Shown here piece after piece: positions 45,291-54,467 of a stretch of 60,824 nucleotides of DNA. A program made the position numbers and the translations under genes. The stretch's first letter is position 1. Each line of letters opens with the position of its first letter. The stretch is taken from positions 1 through 60,824 of the forward strand of contig JBBAVS010000010.1 in assembly GCA_040397585.1 (NCBI GenBank), given 5' to 3'. This stretch comes from Pirellulales bacterium (lineage in GTDB: Bacteria; Planctomycetota; Planctomycetia; Pirellulales; UBA1268). The notes below the pieces were generated by a model, which saw only the letters and a program-made list of their open reading frames with translations, searched no databases and was not told where the DNA came from.

Positions 45291-45866
45291 GCTCGAGCCC
45301 TCGTGTCCTTCGTGTCACCACCGCACCGCTGGCCGGCGCCGACATACGATACCGCGGCGGCGATCGCGGCGCCTCGCTCCGCCATCGGCGCGACAGGCCT
45401 CGCACCGTCGGCACGGAAAAAAAGTTTTTTGTCAATCGGCTGTTTTCCGCCGCAGAAGTCGCCTGCGTCTCACCCGACCGCGCCTCTCCTTGACAACTCG
45501 CACGGCCTCGGAAGAATCACGCCATCGTCATCGTCCGGCGTCAGCGCGGTGCGACGACGCAGCGAGTTCCGCTGAGCGAACGACTGCGACACCTGCTTCG
45601 CGATCGTGAGTGGATCTCGCCCGCACGACACGTTCGAGGAATCGGCATTTCGAGAAAACAGGGGGGCGACGACTTGAGGGATCGACAGTCGACGACCTTG
45701 GTCGTGGCCTGGATGTCCCCCCCGGCTCTCGAAGTGGCGAACCTGTCTCCGGGGTGTGCCCTGGGGCGTGGCCGGGCCAGGGCCGCGGACCAAACAGTGG
45801 TTTGCACGGCGGCCCGGCCCGGGCGATAGAATCCCCCGGAGATCGAAGGCCCGGGGAAACGCCGCC

Positions 45867-46958
45867 ATGGCACGATGCCTCATCGGATGCGGCTCCAATC
45901 TCGGCCGCCGTCGGGATCTGCTCGACCGGGCGATGGAGCTGCTCGGGTGCATGCCCGGAGTCAGCGTCCGGGCCGTGAGCCACTATCGGGAAACCGTCCC
46001 CGTCGGCGGTCCGCCGGGCCAGCCGGCCTTCCTCAACGCCGCCTGCCTGATCGACACCGACCTGCCTCCTGCCGGAGTGCTCGAGATCCTCGCCGCGGTC
46101 GAGCGGACGCTCCAGCGCGAGCGGACCGAGCGGTGGGCGGCCCGCACGATCGACCTCGACCTGCTGCTCTACGACGACGTGGTGCTCGACACGCCCGACC
46201 TCACGATCCCGCATCCACGGATGGCGACCCGCCGGTTCGTGCTCGAGCCGGCGGCGGAGATCGCCGGCGAGATCGCCTTTCCGCCGACGGGCTGCACCGT
46301 CCGCGACCTGCTCGACAACATCTCCGCGCCCCATCCGCTCGTCGCCGTGATCGGCGTGCCGGGCAGCGGAGCCTCCGAGATCGCCTCCGCCGTTGCCGAC
46401 GCGGTGATGGGCCGGCCGCTGCACGCCCCCATGCCACTGCCCATGGCCGACGGCGGACCGCGGGCGGCGCTCGCCCGCTGGCAGGCGACGCTCACCGCCT
46501 GGGCCGAGCCGCTCGCCCGTGACCGCTGGACCGACGCGGGAACCGTCACGGTCGCCGACTACTGGTGCGACGGCCTCGTGGCCGCCGCAGCCGACGAGCT
46601 CGACGCCGACGAACTCGAAGACCTCCGTGTCGCCGCGGATGCGATCGCGGCCCGATCGGTCGCGCCCCGCGTGGCCATCATGCTCGTCGCCGATCCCGCG
46701 GCCCTCGAGGAACGGATCGCGTTCCGCGCGCGGCGGTCGCGCGACCACACCGACGTGTTCGCCGATCTCGCCGCCACGGCCCTGGTCTGCGATCGCCCCG
46801 GCGATCGCGTCGCACCGTTGATCCAGCTCCAGGACCGCCTGCTGAGGAGACTGCGGGCCGCGTTCGGCAGGGCGCCCAAGGCGGTGCTCACGATCGACGC
46901 CTCCGACCTCTCGCGGGCGGCGCTCGAGTCGATGGCGGCCGTCGAGGCGATGCTCTGA
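45867..46958 (+). CDS. folK: HPPK (2-amino-4-hydroxy-6-hydroxymethyldihydropteridine diphosphokinase) fused to a degenerate P-loop kinase-like domain
   Basis: ATG at 45867. The sequence MARCLIGCGSNLG...LNAACLIDT...ERTERWAARTIDLDLLLYDD...LTIPHPRMATRRFVLEP is HPPK. About 220 further residues begin VAVIGVPGSGASEIA, a Walker-A-like motif that lacks the Lys. Confidence 0.85.
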   Translation: MARCLIGCGSNLGRRRDLLDRAMELLGCMPGVSVRAVSHYRETVPVGGPPGQPAFLNAACLIDTDLPPAGVLEILAAVERTLQRERTERWAARTIDLDLLLYDDVVLDTPDLTIPHPRMATRRFVLEPAAEIAGEIAFPPTGCTVRDLLDNISAPHPLVAVIGVPGSGASEIASAVADAVMGRPLHAPMPLPMADGGPRAALARWQATLTAWAEPLARDRWTDAGTVTVADYWCDGLVAAAADELDADELEDLRVAADAIAARSVAPRVAIMLVADPAALEERIAFRARRSRDHTDVFADLAATALVCDRPGDRVAPLIQLQDRLLRRLRAAFGRAPKAVLTIDASDLSRAALESMAAVEAML

Positions 46959-47836
46959 TGGGGGCCGCACGTGGATCCTCCACCGGTGGACCGGTGATCG
47001 TCACCGATCCCGAGCAGATGCGACGCGAGGTGCACGCGGCACGCGGCCGCGGCCGACGGGTCGGCTTCGTGCCCACGATGGGGGCGCTGCACCATGGCCA
47101 CGTGAGTCTCGTGGAGCGGGCGCGGGAAGAGTGCGACGACGTCGCGGTCTCGATCTTCGTGAACCCGACCCAGTTCGGCCCCGGCGAAGACTTCACCCGT
47201 TACCCGCGGAACCTCGCGGCCGACGTCGCGGCGGTCGCGAACCGCGGCGCCGTCTGGATCTTCGCCCCCGAGCCCGACGCCATCTATCCGCCTGGCTGGG
47301 CCACCCGGATCGTCGTCGATGGGCCCGCCCGCCGCTTCGAGGGCGAGATCCGGCCGGGGCACTTCTCCGGGGTCGCCACCGTCGTCTGCCGGCTGTTCCT
47401 CGCGGTGCCGGCCGACGTGGCCTACTTCGGCGCCAAGGATTGGCAGCAGACGCTCGTGGTGAAGCGGATGGTCCGCGACCTCGGCCTGCCGATCGCGATC
47501 AGCGTCTGCCCCACGATCCGAGAGCCTGACGGCCTGGCCCTGAGCTCCCGCAACGCCTACCTCTCCGCGACCGAACGGCCGCGGGCCGTCGCGCTCCACG
47601 AGAGCCTGCTCCTCGCCGAACGCGGCTGGATCGCGGGGGACGAGGTCGCGGCGATCGAGCGGGCGATGCGGGCCCACCTCGCCTCCCGGGAAATCTCCGT
47701 CGACTACGCGGCGCTCGTCGATCGGGACTGTCTCGAACCGCTCTCCGACCCCCGCGGCAACGCCATCGCGCTCGTGGCCGGCCGGCTCGGCGCGACGCGG
47801 CTGATCGACAACCACCTGCTGCCACCCCGCGGCTGA
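46958..47836 (+). CDS. panC: Pantoate--beta-alanine ligase
   Basis: VGFVPTMGALHHGHVSLV, VSIFVNPTQF, RPGHFSGVATVV, YFGAKDWQQ and LALSSRN are present. The ATG overlaps the folK stop (TGATG). Confidence 0.95.
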   Translation: MGAARGSSTGGPVIVTDPEQMRREVHAARGRGRRVGFVPTMGALHHGHVSLVERAREECDDVAVSIFVNPTQFGPGEDFTRYPRNLAADVAAVANRGAVWIFAPEPDAIYPPGWATRIVVDGPARRFEGEIRPGHFSGVATVVCRLFLAVPADVAYFGAKDWQQTLVVKRMVRDLGLPIAISVCPTIREPDGLALSSRNAYLSATERPRAVALHESLLLAERGWIAGDEVAAIERAMRAHLASREISVDYAALVDRDCLEPLSDPRGNAIALVAGRLGATRLIDNHLLPPRG

Positions 47837-47846
47837 CCGGCTTCGC

Positions 47847-48872
47847 ATGCGCTCCACGCTGTTCCACATCCCGACCTCCCTCGATCTCGGCGGCGGTTCC
47901 GTGCCGCTGTTCGGCTGGGGTCTCGGGCTGGCGGTCTGGGCGGTCGTCGCCGTCGCGGGCCTCGCGTGGGCCGCGTCGCGTCATGGCCTCGCGCCGGCGA
48001 TCCGCGCGATCGGCATGCCGCTGGCGGTCGTGGCCGCGCTGCTCCTCTGGGTGCTGCCGGCGCTCGACGATGGCGCCGGCGTGCCGATCCGCGGCTATGG
48101 CGTGATGCTCCTCGTCGCCGCCGCCGCGGGGACATGGCTGTCGATCGTCCGCGGACGGCGGATGGGCTTCGACGCCGACACGATCCTCGCCCTGGGCACG
48201 GAGGTCTTTCTCTGGGGGCTCGTCGGCGCCCGGCTGTTCTACGTCCTCGAGTATCGCGACCAGTTCTTCGGCCCCGGCATCCCCCTGGGCGAGTCGCTCG
48301 CCCGCATCGTCAACATCGCCGCGGGGGGGCTCGTGGTGTTCGGCTCGCTTCCCACGGCAGCCGTCGCCGCCTGGCGGTTCGCCGCCCGCCGGGGCCTGTC
48401 GCTCGCCCGGCTCGCCGACTGCGTGGCCCCCGGGCTGCTCGTCGGACTGGCGATCGGCCGCGTGGGATGCTTCCTCAACGGCTGCTGCTTCGGCGGTCCG
48501 TGCACGCTCCCGTGGGCCGTGCGGTTTCCCGCGGGCACGGGCCCCGCCGCGGCGTATCCGGCAGCCGACGGCGGCAGCGTGCCGATCCACCCGGCACAGC
48601 TCTACGCGGCGCTCGACGCGGCGCTGCTCGCGGTGCTGGCGGTGGCCTTCACGCCGTGGACCCGCCGCGCTGGCGAGGTGTTCGCACTGGTGCTCACGCT
48701 GCATCCGATCTCCCGAATCCTCCTGGAGATCATCCGCGTCGATGAGCCGCCGGCGCTCGGCACGCCGCTGTCGATCTCGCAGCTCCTGTCGCTGGCCCTG
48801 CTGGCCTTGGCCGCCGCCCTCTGGTGGTGGATCGGTCGGCAGCCGCTGCGGCCCGCCACTCCCGGCCTTTGA
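47847..48872 (+). CDS. lgt: Prolipoprotein diacylglyceryl transferase
   Basis: IRGYGVMLLVA..., GARLFYVLEY, IGRVGCFLNGCCFG and HPAQLY are Lgt signature segments in a polytopic protein. Confidence 0.9.
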   Translation: MRSTLFHIPTSLDLGGGSVPLFGWGLGLAVWAVVAVAGLAWAASRHGLAPAIRAIGMPLAVVAALLLWVLPALDDGAGVPIRGYGVMLLVAAAAGTWLSIVRGRRMGFDADTILALGTEVFLWGLVGARLFYVLEYRDQFFGPGIPLGESLARIVNIAAGGLVVFGSLPTAAVAAWRFAARRGLSLARLADCVAPGLLVGLAIGRVGCFLNGCCFGGPCTLPWAVRFPAGTGPAAAYPAADGGSVPIHPAQLYAALDAALLAVLAVAFTPWTRRAGEVFALVLTLHPISRILLEIIRVDEPPALGTPLSISQLLSLALLALAAALWWWIGRQPLRPATPGL

Positions 48873-48903
48873 CGCCTACGCCGGGGACAGCGACATTGGT
48901 GAG

Positions 48904-49260
48904 GTGCCGAGCCTGCCCCCGGTCCGGCGCTCCCACCCCGAGCAGACCCCCGTGAACGACCGCCCCACCGAGCCAAACCCAGCGCCTCCCCAAGCCGCCG
49001 GCGGCACGACCGGCGATGCCGACGAGGCCGCCGTCGCGGCCGAATGGCGGCGGATCGAGGCGGAGCGCATCGCCGAGGAGCGGCAGGAGGCCCGCGAGGA
49101 TGCCGAGGACGACATCCCCCCGGCTGCCCCGCGGTGGCCGTGGCTGGCCTTCGCCGCCGCCCTGCTCGCCGGGCTTGTCCTGGCGATCGCCCTCAACTGG
49201 CCCTCCCTCGTCTCCCGTCCAAACGCCGACAGCCCGCCAGCGGCACGGCCGGAGCCATGA
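48904..49260 (+). CDS. Possible small membrane-anchored protein (start uncertain)
   Basis: The frame is open after the lgt stop. It has an acidic/charged segment (EWRRIEAERIAEERQEAREDAEDD) followed by one TM helix (WPWLAFAAALLAGLVLAIAL). Its stop overlaps the next ATG (ATGA). Only GTG candidates exist (48904, 48952), neither with a good SD. Confidence 0.3.
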   Translation: MPSLPPVRRSHPEQTPVNDRPTEPNPAPPQAAGGTTGDADEAAVAAEWRRIEAERIAEERQEAREDAEDDIPPAAPRWPWLAFAAALLAGLVLAIALNWPSLVSRPNADSPPAARPEP

Positions 49261-49532
49261 CGGACGATCGCCAGCCGCCGGAGCAGGCCAGGCGGGTGGT
49301 CCCCGGCTGTGCGACCATTCGCTGCCGCCTCGACGGCCCGCTGGTCGTGGAGTTGCCCGGCGACATCCGCCTCCGGGTGACGGATCACCTGGGACGCGAG
49401 TTTCCGCTGCCGGGCGGCAAGCCTGCCGTGGCCCTGTGCCGGTGCGGCTGCAGCCGCACCAAGCCCTTCTGCGACGGCTCCCACCGCGACCACGGGTTTT
49501 CGGCCTCCGAGACGTCGGCGGCCCCGGAGTGA
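49257..49532 (+). CDS. CDGSH-type iron-sulfur domain protein (single motif)
   Basis: CRCGCSRTKPFCDGSH matches C-x-C-x2-S-x3-P-x-C-D-G-S-H exactly. 91 aa from the ATG at 49257. Confidence 0.8.
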   Translation: MTDDRQPPEQARRVVPGCATIRCRLDGPLVVELPGDIRLRVTDHLGREFPLPGGKPAVALCRCGCSRTKPFCDGSHRDHGFSASETSAAPE

Positions 49533-49728
49533 CCGGCACCCGGGGGGTGGGCCTGATCCGGCTGGAGCGGCTGTGCGACAGACGGAAACTCTTCTCTCAA
49601 AACCACTTACGACGAGTTCGGGGCTGAAAAAAGGGGCTCCGAGGGGGCGGAACGATATGGACTGGCCGGTTCCGGGCCTGTAGGGTTGATTGGCTCGGAC
49701 GCGGAGATCGCCCCCGAAAACGCCCCGG

Positions 49729-52242
49729 ATGGCCCTGATGTCCCATCACCGCACCAACTTCTACCAGCGGTACAGCGTCGGGATCATGGCGGTCCTGGTG
49801 TTCCTCCTGCCCATGGTGGTGGTCGGGGCGATCAAGGCGAAGTCCAACAACCGCAACGACGTCAAAGGCTGGCTGCCGGCGGAATACGAGGAAACCCGGA
49901 CCTATCGGTTTTTCCGCCAAAACTTCCAGGGCGAGGAGTTCATTCTCGTCAGCTGGGAAGGCTGCACGATGGCCGACCCGCGGCTGGAAATGCTGGCCCG
50001 GAAGCTCCTGCCGCCCCCGGAGGAGGCCTCCCGGATCGAGCGGCCGCTGTACTTCAAGTCGGCCCAGACGGGGCCGCGGGCCGTCTCCCGGATGTGCCAG
50101 GAACCGCTCAACCTCGAGCGGGGTGAGGCGGTCGCCCGGCTCACCGGGGCCCTGATCGGCCCCCCGCCTGCCGGGATCGAGGCAGGGGCGGCGGGCGACG
50201 ACCTGGACCAGCGGAAGACCTGCCTTGTGCTGACCCTCGCCGACATCGCCCGGGCGAACCTCCACGGGGCGATCGACGAGATCCGCAAGGTGGCGGCCGC
50301 GGAGTGCGGCATCCCCGACTCCGCGATCCACATGGGCGGCCCGCCGGTGGACAACGTGTCGATCGACAAGGCCGGCCAGACGAGCGTGACGATCCTCTTC
50401 GGCCTGTCGCTCGTCGTGGGCTTCTTCGTGAGCTGGTTCAGCCTCAAGAGCAAAACGCTCGTGGCGATGGTGATCGCCTCCGGCGTCTACAGCATGTTCG
50501 CGAGCCTGGCGCTCGTGTGGTATTCCGGGTATCCGGTTGATGCCATCCTCCTGACGATGCCGTCGCTGGTCTACGTGGCCACCACGAGCGGCGCGATCCA
50601 CCTCGCCAACTACTACCGCGACCAGCTCGCCGAAACCGGCGTGCAGGAGGGGGCGGCCGGCCGCGCCGTCCACCACGCCCTCCTCCCGCTCTCGCTCGCC
50701 ACCGGCACCACCGCCATCGGCCTGGCCACGCTCGCCGTCAGCGAGCTGGTGCCGATCCGCATGTTCGGCATCTTCTCCGCCGCCGGCGTGCTGGTGAGTT
50801 TCGTGATCCTCGTCACGTTCATGCCCGCGGCGCTCGAGCTCTTCCCGCCGAAGCTCCGGGTCGGCAAGCTCGCCGACGACGAGCAGGGCGCCGGCTGGAA
50901 GCCGATCGAGTCGAGCCGCTGGTGGGCCGTCGGCCAGTGGATCACGCAGCACCACGCCCTCGCCACGGCGGCCTGCCTGCTGGTGATGGCGGCCGTCGGC
51001 TACGGCATGACCCGCGTCGAGAGCAGCGTGCAGCTGATGCGGCTCTTCTCCCGCAAGGCCCAGATCCGCACCGACTATGCCTGGCTCGAGAGCCACCTCG
51101 GGCCGCTCGTGCCGATGGAGCTCCTCGTGCGGATCGACGAGAACTGTCCGCTGAACTTCCTCGAACGGATGGAGCTCGTCGACACGATCCAGCGGGAGAT
51201 CGGCCGCCTCGACGAGGTGGGCAGCTCGCTCTCCACCGTCACCTTCGGCCGCAGCCTGGAGATGGCCAACGGCGGCGAGGGGCTGCGGGCGAAGCTGGCG
51301 CGGAGCACCCTCAACAAGGCCTTGGTGCGGCACCGCGACGAGTTCCTGGCCGGCGACTACCTCCGCGAGGCCAGCATCACCACGGCCGACGGCAGCCGCC
51401 GCACCGAGGAGCTCTGGCGGATCAGCGCCCGGGTGAGCGCCATCAAGGAGGTCGACTACGCCCTCTTCAAGGCCGACCTGCAGAAGAAGATCGATCCGGT
51501 GCTCGCCCGCCTCGTCGACGACGGCGTGAAGGGCGTGGCCGTCGAATACACCGGCCTGGTGCCGCTGGTCTACAAGGCGCAGCACTCGCTGCTCGAGAAC
51601 CTCAAGATCGGGTTCGTGTTCGACTTCGCGATCATCGTGGCGGTGATGATCCTCCTCTGCCGGGCGTTCTCCGCGGGCTTGGTGCTGCTGCTCCCCGCGG
51701 CCTTCCCCGCCGTGCTCGTGTTCGGCGCGATGGGCTGGGGCAACGCCCTGGTCAAGTGGATGCATGCCGGCAACTTGTTCATCGACATCGGCACCGTGAT
51801 GGCCCCGAGCGTGGCCCTCGGCGTGACGGTGGACGACGTCGTCCACTTCATGCTCTGGTTCCGCCGCGGCATCGCCGACGGCCTCGACCGCCGGCAGGCG
51901 ACGATGCTCGCCTACAAGGGCTGTGCCCGCGCCATGTACCAGAGCTGGGGCGTGATCGGGATCGGCCTGTCGGTGTTCTCGCTCTCGCCGTTCGGCCCCA
52001 CGCAGCGGTTCGGCCACATGATGCTCGCGATGCTCACCATCGCGCTGGTCGGGAACCTCGTCCTCATGCCCGCGCTCCTCTCCGGCCCGCTGGGCGCCGT
52101 GTTCGCCTGGAGCGTGCAGCGGATCGAGCGGAAGAAGGCCGCCAAGGAGGGCAAGCGCCGCGTGATCACCGACCCCGGCAGCGACGCGATCCCCGCCCCC
52201 CACGTCACGCCGGGACCGGCCAAGCAGGTCGTGCACGCCTGA
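49729..52242 (+). CDS. RND-superfamily (MMPL/SSD-type) membrane transporter
   Basis: Two blocks of 5-6 TM helices each follow a large extracytoplasmic loop. The N-terminus YQRYSVGIMAVLVFLLPMVVVGAIKAKSNNRNDVKGWLP and repeated GxxxD/ TVDDxxH segments are typical of MMPL/HpnN-like exporters. ATG at 49729 or 49738. Confidence 0.82.
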   Translation: MALMSHHRTNFYQRYSVGIMAVLVFLLPMVVVGAIKAKSNNRNDVKGWLPAEYEETRTYRFFRQNFQGEEFILVSWEGCTMADPRLEMLARKLLPPPEEASRIERPLYFKSAQTGPRAVSRMCQEPLNLERGEAVARLTGALIGPPPAGIEAGAAGDDLDQRKTCLVLTLADIARANLHGAIDEIRKVAAAECGIPDSAIHMGGPPVDNVSIDKAGQTSVTILFGLSLVVGFFVSWFSLKSKTLVAMVIASGVYSMFASLALVWYSGYPVDAILLTMPSLVYVATTSGAIHLANYYRDQLAETGVQEGAAGRAVHHALLPLSLATGTTAIGLATLAVSELVPIRMFGIFSAAGVLVSFVILVTFMPAALELFPPKLRVGKLADDEQGAGWKPIESSRWWAVGQWITQHHALATAACLLVMAAVGYGMTRVESSVQLMRLFSRKAQIRTDYAWLESHLGPLVPMELLVRIDENCPLNFLERMELVDTIQREIGRLDEVGSSLSTVTFGRSLEMANGGEGLRAKLARSTLNKALVRHRDEFLAGDYLREASITTADGSRRTEELWRISARVSAIKEVDYALFKADLQKKIDPVLARLVDDGVKGVAVEYTGLVPLVYKAQHSLLENLKIGFVFDFAIIVAVMILLCRAFSAGLVLLLPAAFPAVLVFGAMGWGNALVKWMHAGNLFIDIGTVMAPSVALGVTVDDVVHFMLWFRRGIADGLDRRQATMLAYKGCARAMYQSWGVIGIGLSVFSLSPFGPTQRFGHMMLAMLTIALVGNLVLMPALLSGPLGAVFAWSVQRIERKKAAKEGKRRVITDPGSDAIPAPHVTPGPAKQVVHA

Positions 52243-52277
52243 CCGCCCAGCCGCGGTCCCGGTGGTAGAGTTGGAGG

Positions 52278-53513
52278 ATGATGCCTCCCGACTCTCCCGC
52301 CGCGTCGCCACTCACGGGCCTTCCCACCGCGACGGTGGTGCTCAAGCCGAAGCGGGCCCGCCCGTTCTTCGGTCGCCATCCCTGGGTGCTCGATTCCGCC
52401 GTCGCCACGGTCGACGGCAGCCCGGCCGATGGCGACGTGGTCGATCTGGCGACGCACGACGGACACTTCGTGGCCCGTGGCCTGTGGAACTCCCGGAGCC
52501 GGATTCGCATCCGGCTGTATGCGTTCGACGCCGGCACGCCGCTCGACGACGCCTTCTGGCACGGCCGGATCGCCACGGCGGTGGCCCTGCGTCGCCATCT
52601 CGGCCTCGACGATCCCGGCGGTGCAACGCGGCTGGTGAACAGCGAGGGAGACGATCTCTCCGGCCTGATCGTCGATCGCTACGGCAGTTACGTCGCCGTG
52701 CAGGTGACGGCGCTGGCGATCGCGACGCGGCTGGAGACGATCTGCGACGCGCTCGTCGCCGCCGTGGCGCCGCAGGGCATCCTGCTGCGGGGGGCGGAAC
52801 GCGGGCTGGCGAAACTCGAGGGCCTCGCCTTGCCGGACCGGGTGGTTCGGGGTTCGGCCCCCGCGGGTCCGATCTTCGTCCACGAGCACGGCCTGAAGTT
52901 CGGCGTCGACCTCGCCGAGGGCCAGAAAACGGGCTACTACCTCGACCAGCGCGACAATCGCCAGGCGGCCGCCCGGCATGCCCGCGGCCGGCGGGTGCTC
53001 GACATGTTCTGCTACTCCGGCGGGTTCGCCGTCGCCTGCGCCGTCTCGGGCGGGGCGCGGAGCGTGCTGGCCGTCGATACGAGCGGCAAGGCGGCGGCGC
53101 TCGCCCGGGCCAACGCCGAGTTGAACGGGGCCGCCAACGTCAGCGTGGAGGCGGTGGACGCGTTCGAGAAGCTCGACGCCCTGACCGCGGCGGGGGAGCG
53201 GTTCGGGATGATCGTGCTCGATCCTCCCAAGTTCGCCCGCAGTCGGGCGACGGTGGACGATGCCCTGCGGGCCTACCATCGCATCAACCGCGTGGCCGTG
53301 GGCCTGCTCGAGCCGGGCGGCATCCTCGTGACCTGCTCCTGCTCGGGCTCGGTGACCCGCGACGACTTCCACCAGATGCTCGCCGGCGTCGCCCAGCGAT
53401 CCGGGCGGCCGATCCAGATCCTCGAGAGCCGCGGGGCGGCGGCCGACCATCCAGTGAGCGCCAGCTGCCTCGAGGGGGAGTATCTCACCTGCGTGATCGC
53501 CCGCGTGGCCTGA
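52278..53513 (+). CDS. rlmI: SAM-dependent rRNA (cytosine-C5) methyltransferase, RlmI-like
   Basis: PUA-like N-terminus (GDVVDLATHDGHFVARGLWN), LSGLIVDRYG, QKTGYYLDQRDNR, VLDMFCYSGGF, DPPKFA and TCSCS are present. GGAGG precedes the ATG. Confidence 0.82.
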   Translation: MMPPDSPAASPLTGLPTATVVLKPKRARPFFGRHPWVLDSAVATVDGSPADGDVVDLATHDGHFVARGLWNSRSRIRIRLYAFDAGTPLDDAFWHGRIATAVALRRHLGLDDPGGATRLVNSEGDDLSGLIVDRYGSYVAVQVTALAIATRLETICDALVAAVAPQGILLRGAERGLAKLEGLALPDRVVRGSAPAGPIFVHEHGLKFGVDLAEGQKTGYYLDQRDNRQAAARHARGRRVLDMFCYSGGFAVACAVSGGARSVLAVDTSGKAAALARANAELNGAANVSVEAVDAFEKLDALTAAGERFGMIVLDPPKFARSRATVDDALRAYHRINRVAVGLLEPGGILVTCSCSGSVTRDDFHQMLAGVAQRSGRPIQILESRGAAADHPVSASCLEGEYLTCVIARVA

Positions 53514-53557
53514 GTGGCCGTGAGCGGCGGAGAAGACCGCCCCGATTCGCGGCTGAC

Positions 53558-54373
53558 TCAGGGGATCTCGAAGCGAAACAGCTGCTCGCCGCAGCGAAAG
53601 TGGCAGTGGGGCGTGAGCGTCACCGAGGTGGTCGAGACCCAGACGCCATTGCGGGTCGTTTCCGCCACGATCAGCCAGGTGCCGTCGCGCTGCCGCTCGA
53701 GCTGGGCGTGACGATCGGCGAGCAGCGGATCGTCGAGCTCCAGATCGGCGCCCCCGCCGGCGCGGCCGATCGACACCACGTCGGTTCGCAGCGGCACCTC
53801 GAGGCCGGGCGCTCGCTGCGTGGCCTCGGCGAGCACGGGCCAGACTCCCTGCGGCAGCGCGGAGTCGATCAGCCGCGTGGCGGCCACGGGGGACGTGCCG
53901 CGGCCCGCCAGCAGCGGATTCCGCAGCCGGAACCTTCGCGAGCCGAGAATCACCAGGGCCTCGGCGTGAAACACCCCGCGGGCCACGCGGACGAACGTGC
54001 CGTTGACGCTGCCGAGATCGACCAGCTGCCACTGGAAGCTGCCCTTCCACGGCACCCGGCGGATCTCGGCGTGCAGCCCGGAGATCGCCGGGTCGTTGGC
54101 GAGCACGAGGTCGCCGGACGTGCGGCCGATCGTGAAGGTCTCGCTCCGCAGCCGGATCGCCTCGCCGTGCTGCTGCGCGCCGTCGTCGAGGACGGTCAGG
54201 ACCGGCACGGCGGGCCGGAGAATCGGCCGGAAGTCGTGCGTGTCCTCCTTCGCATAGGGCGTCGAGGCGACCGGGTGGCCGGGGCCGACGCCGAGAATCC
54301 AGCCGAGTGCCCGACGATCCTCCATCTCCGGCGGAGGATGATCTCCCGGCAGTCGTTCGTGCTCGTCGGCCAT
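53558..54373 (-). CDS. Protein with two FHA domains
   Basis: Two segments fit the FHA G-R...S..H...N pattern: FTIGRTSGDLVLANDPAISGLHAEI...LVDLGSVNGTFV and VSIGRAGGGADLELDDPLLADRHAQL...NGVWV. The gene is divergent from the kinase gene. Confidence 0.85.
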   Translation of the reverse strand: MADEHERLPGDHPPPEMEDRRALGWILGVGPGHPVASTPYAKEDTHDFRPILRPAVPVLTVLDDGAQQHGEAIRLRSETFTIGRTSGDLVLANDPAISGLHAEIRRVPWKGSFQWQLVDLGSVNGTFVRVARGVFHAEALVILGSRRFRLRNPLLAGRGTSPVAATRLIDSALPQGVWPVLAEATQRAPGLEVPLRTDVVSIGRAGGGADLELDDPLLADRHAQLERQRDGTWLIVAETTRNGVWVSTTSVTLTPHCHFRCGEQLFRFEIP

Positions 54374-54467
54374 GCGTGCTCCCCTTCTCCGGTCGCCGGA
54401 TGACGCCCCGGGAAAGTCTACGCACGGGCACCCGGCTTGGCCTGCGGCAGCTCTCCGTCTACTCTGG

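Noticed and set aside
45640-45866. ZTP- or THF-type riboswitch upstream of folK
   Set aside because: A few short strings loosely resemble parts of the ZTP (pfl) consensus (GGTCGTGGCCTGG, GTGGCGAAC, CCGGGG...CCCTGGGGCG). I could not assemble the required P1/P2 pseudoknot and 3' subdomain by eye. Without a covariance-model score this is not supportable.
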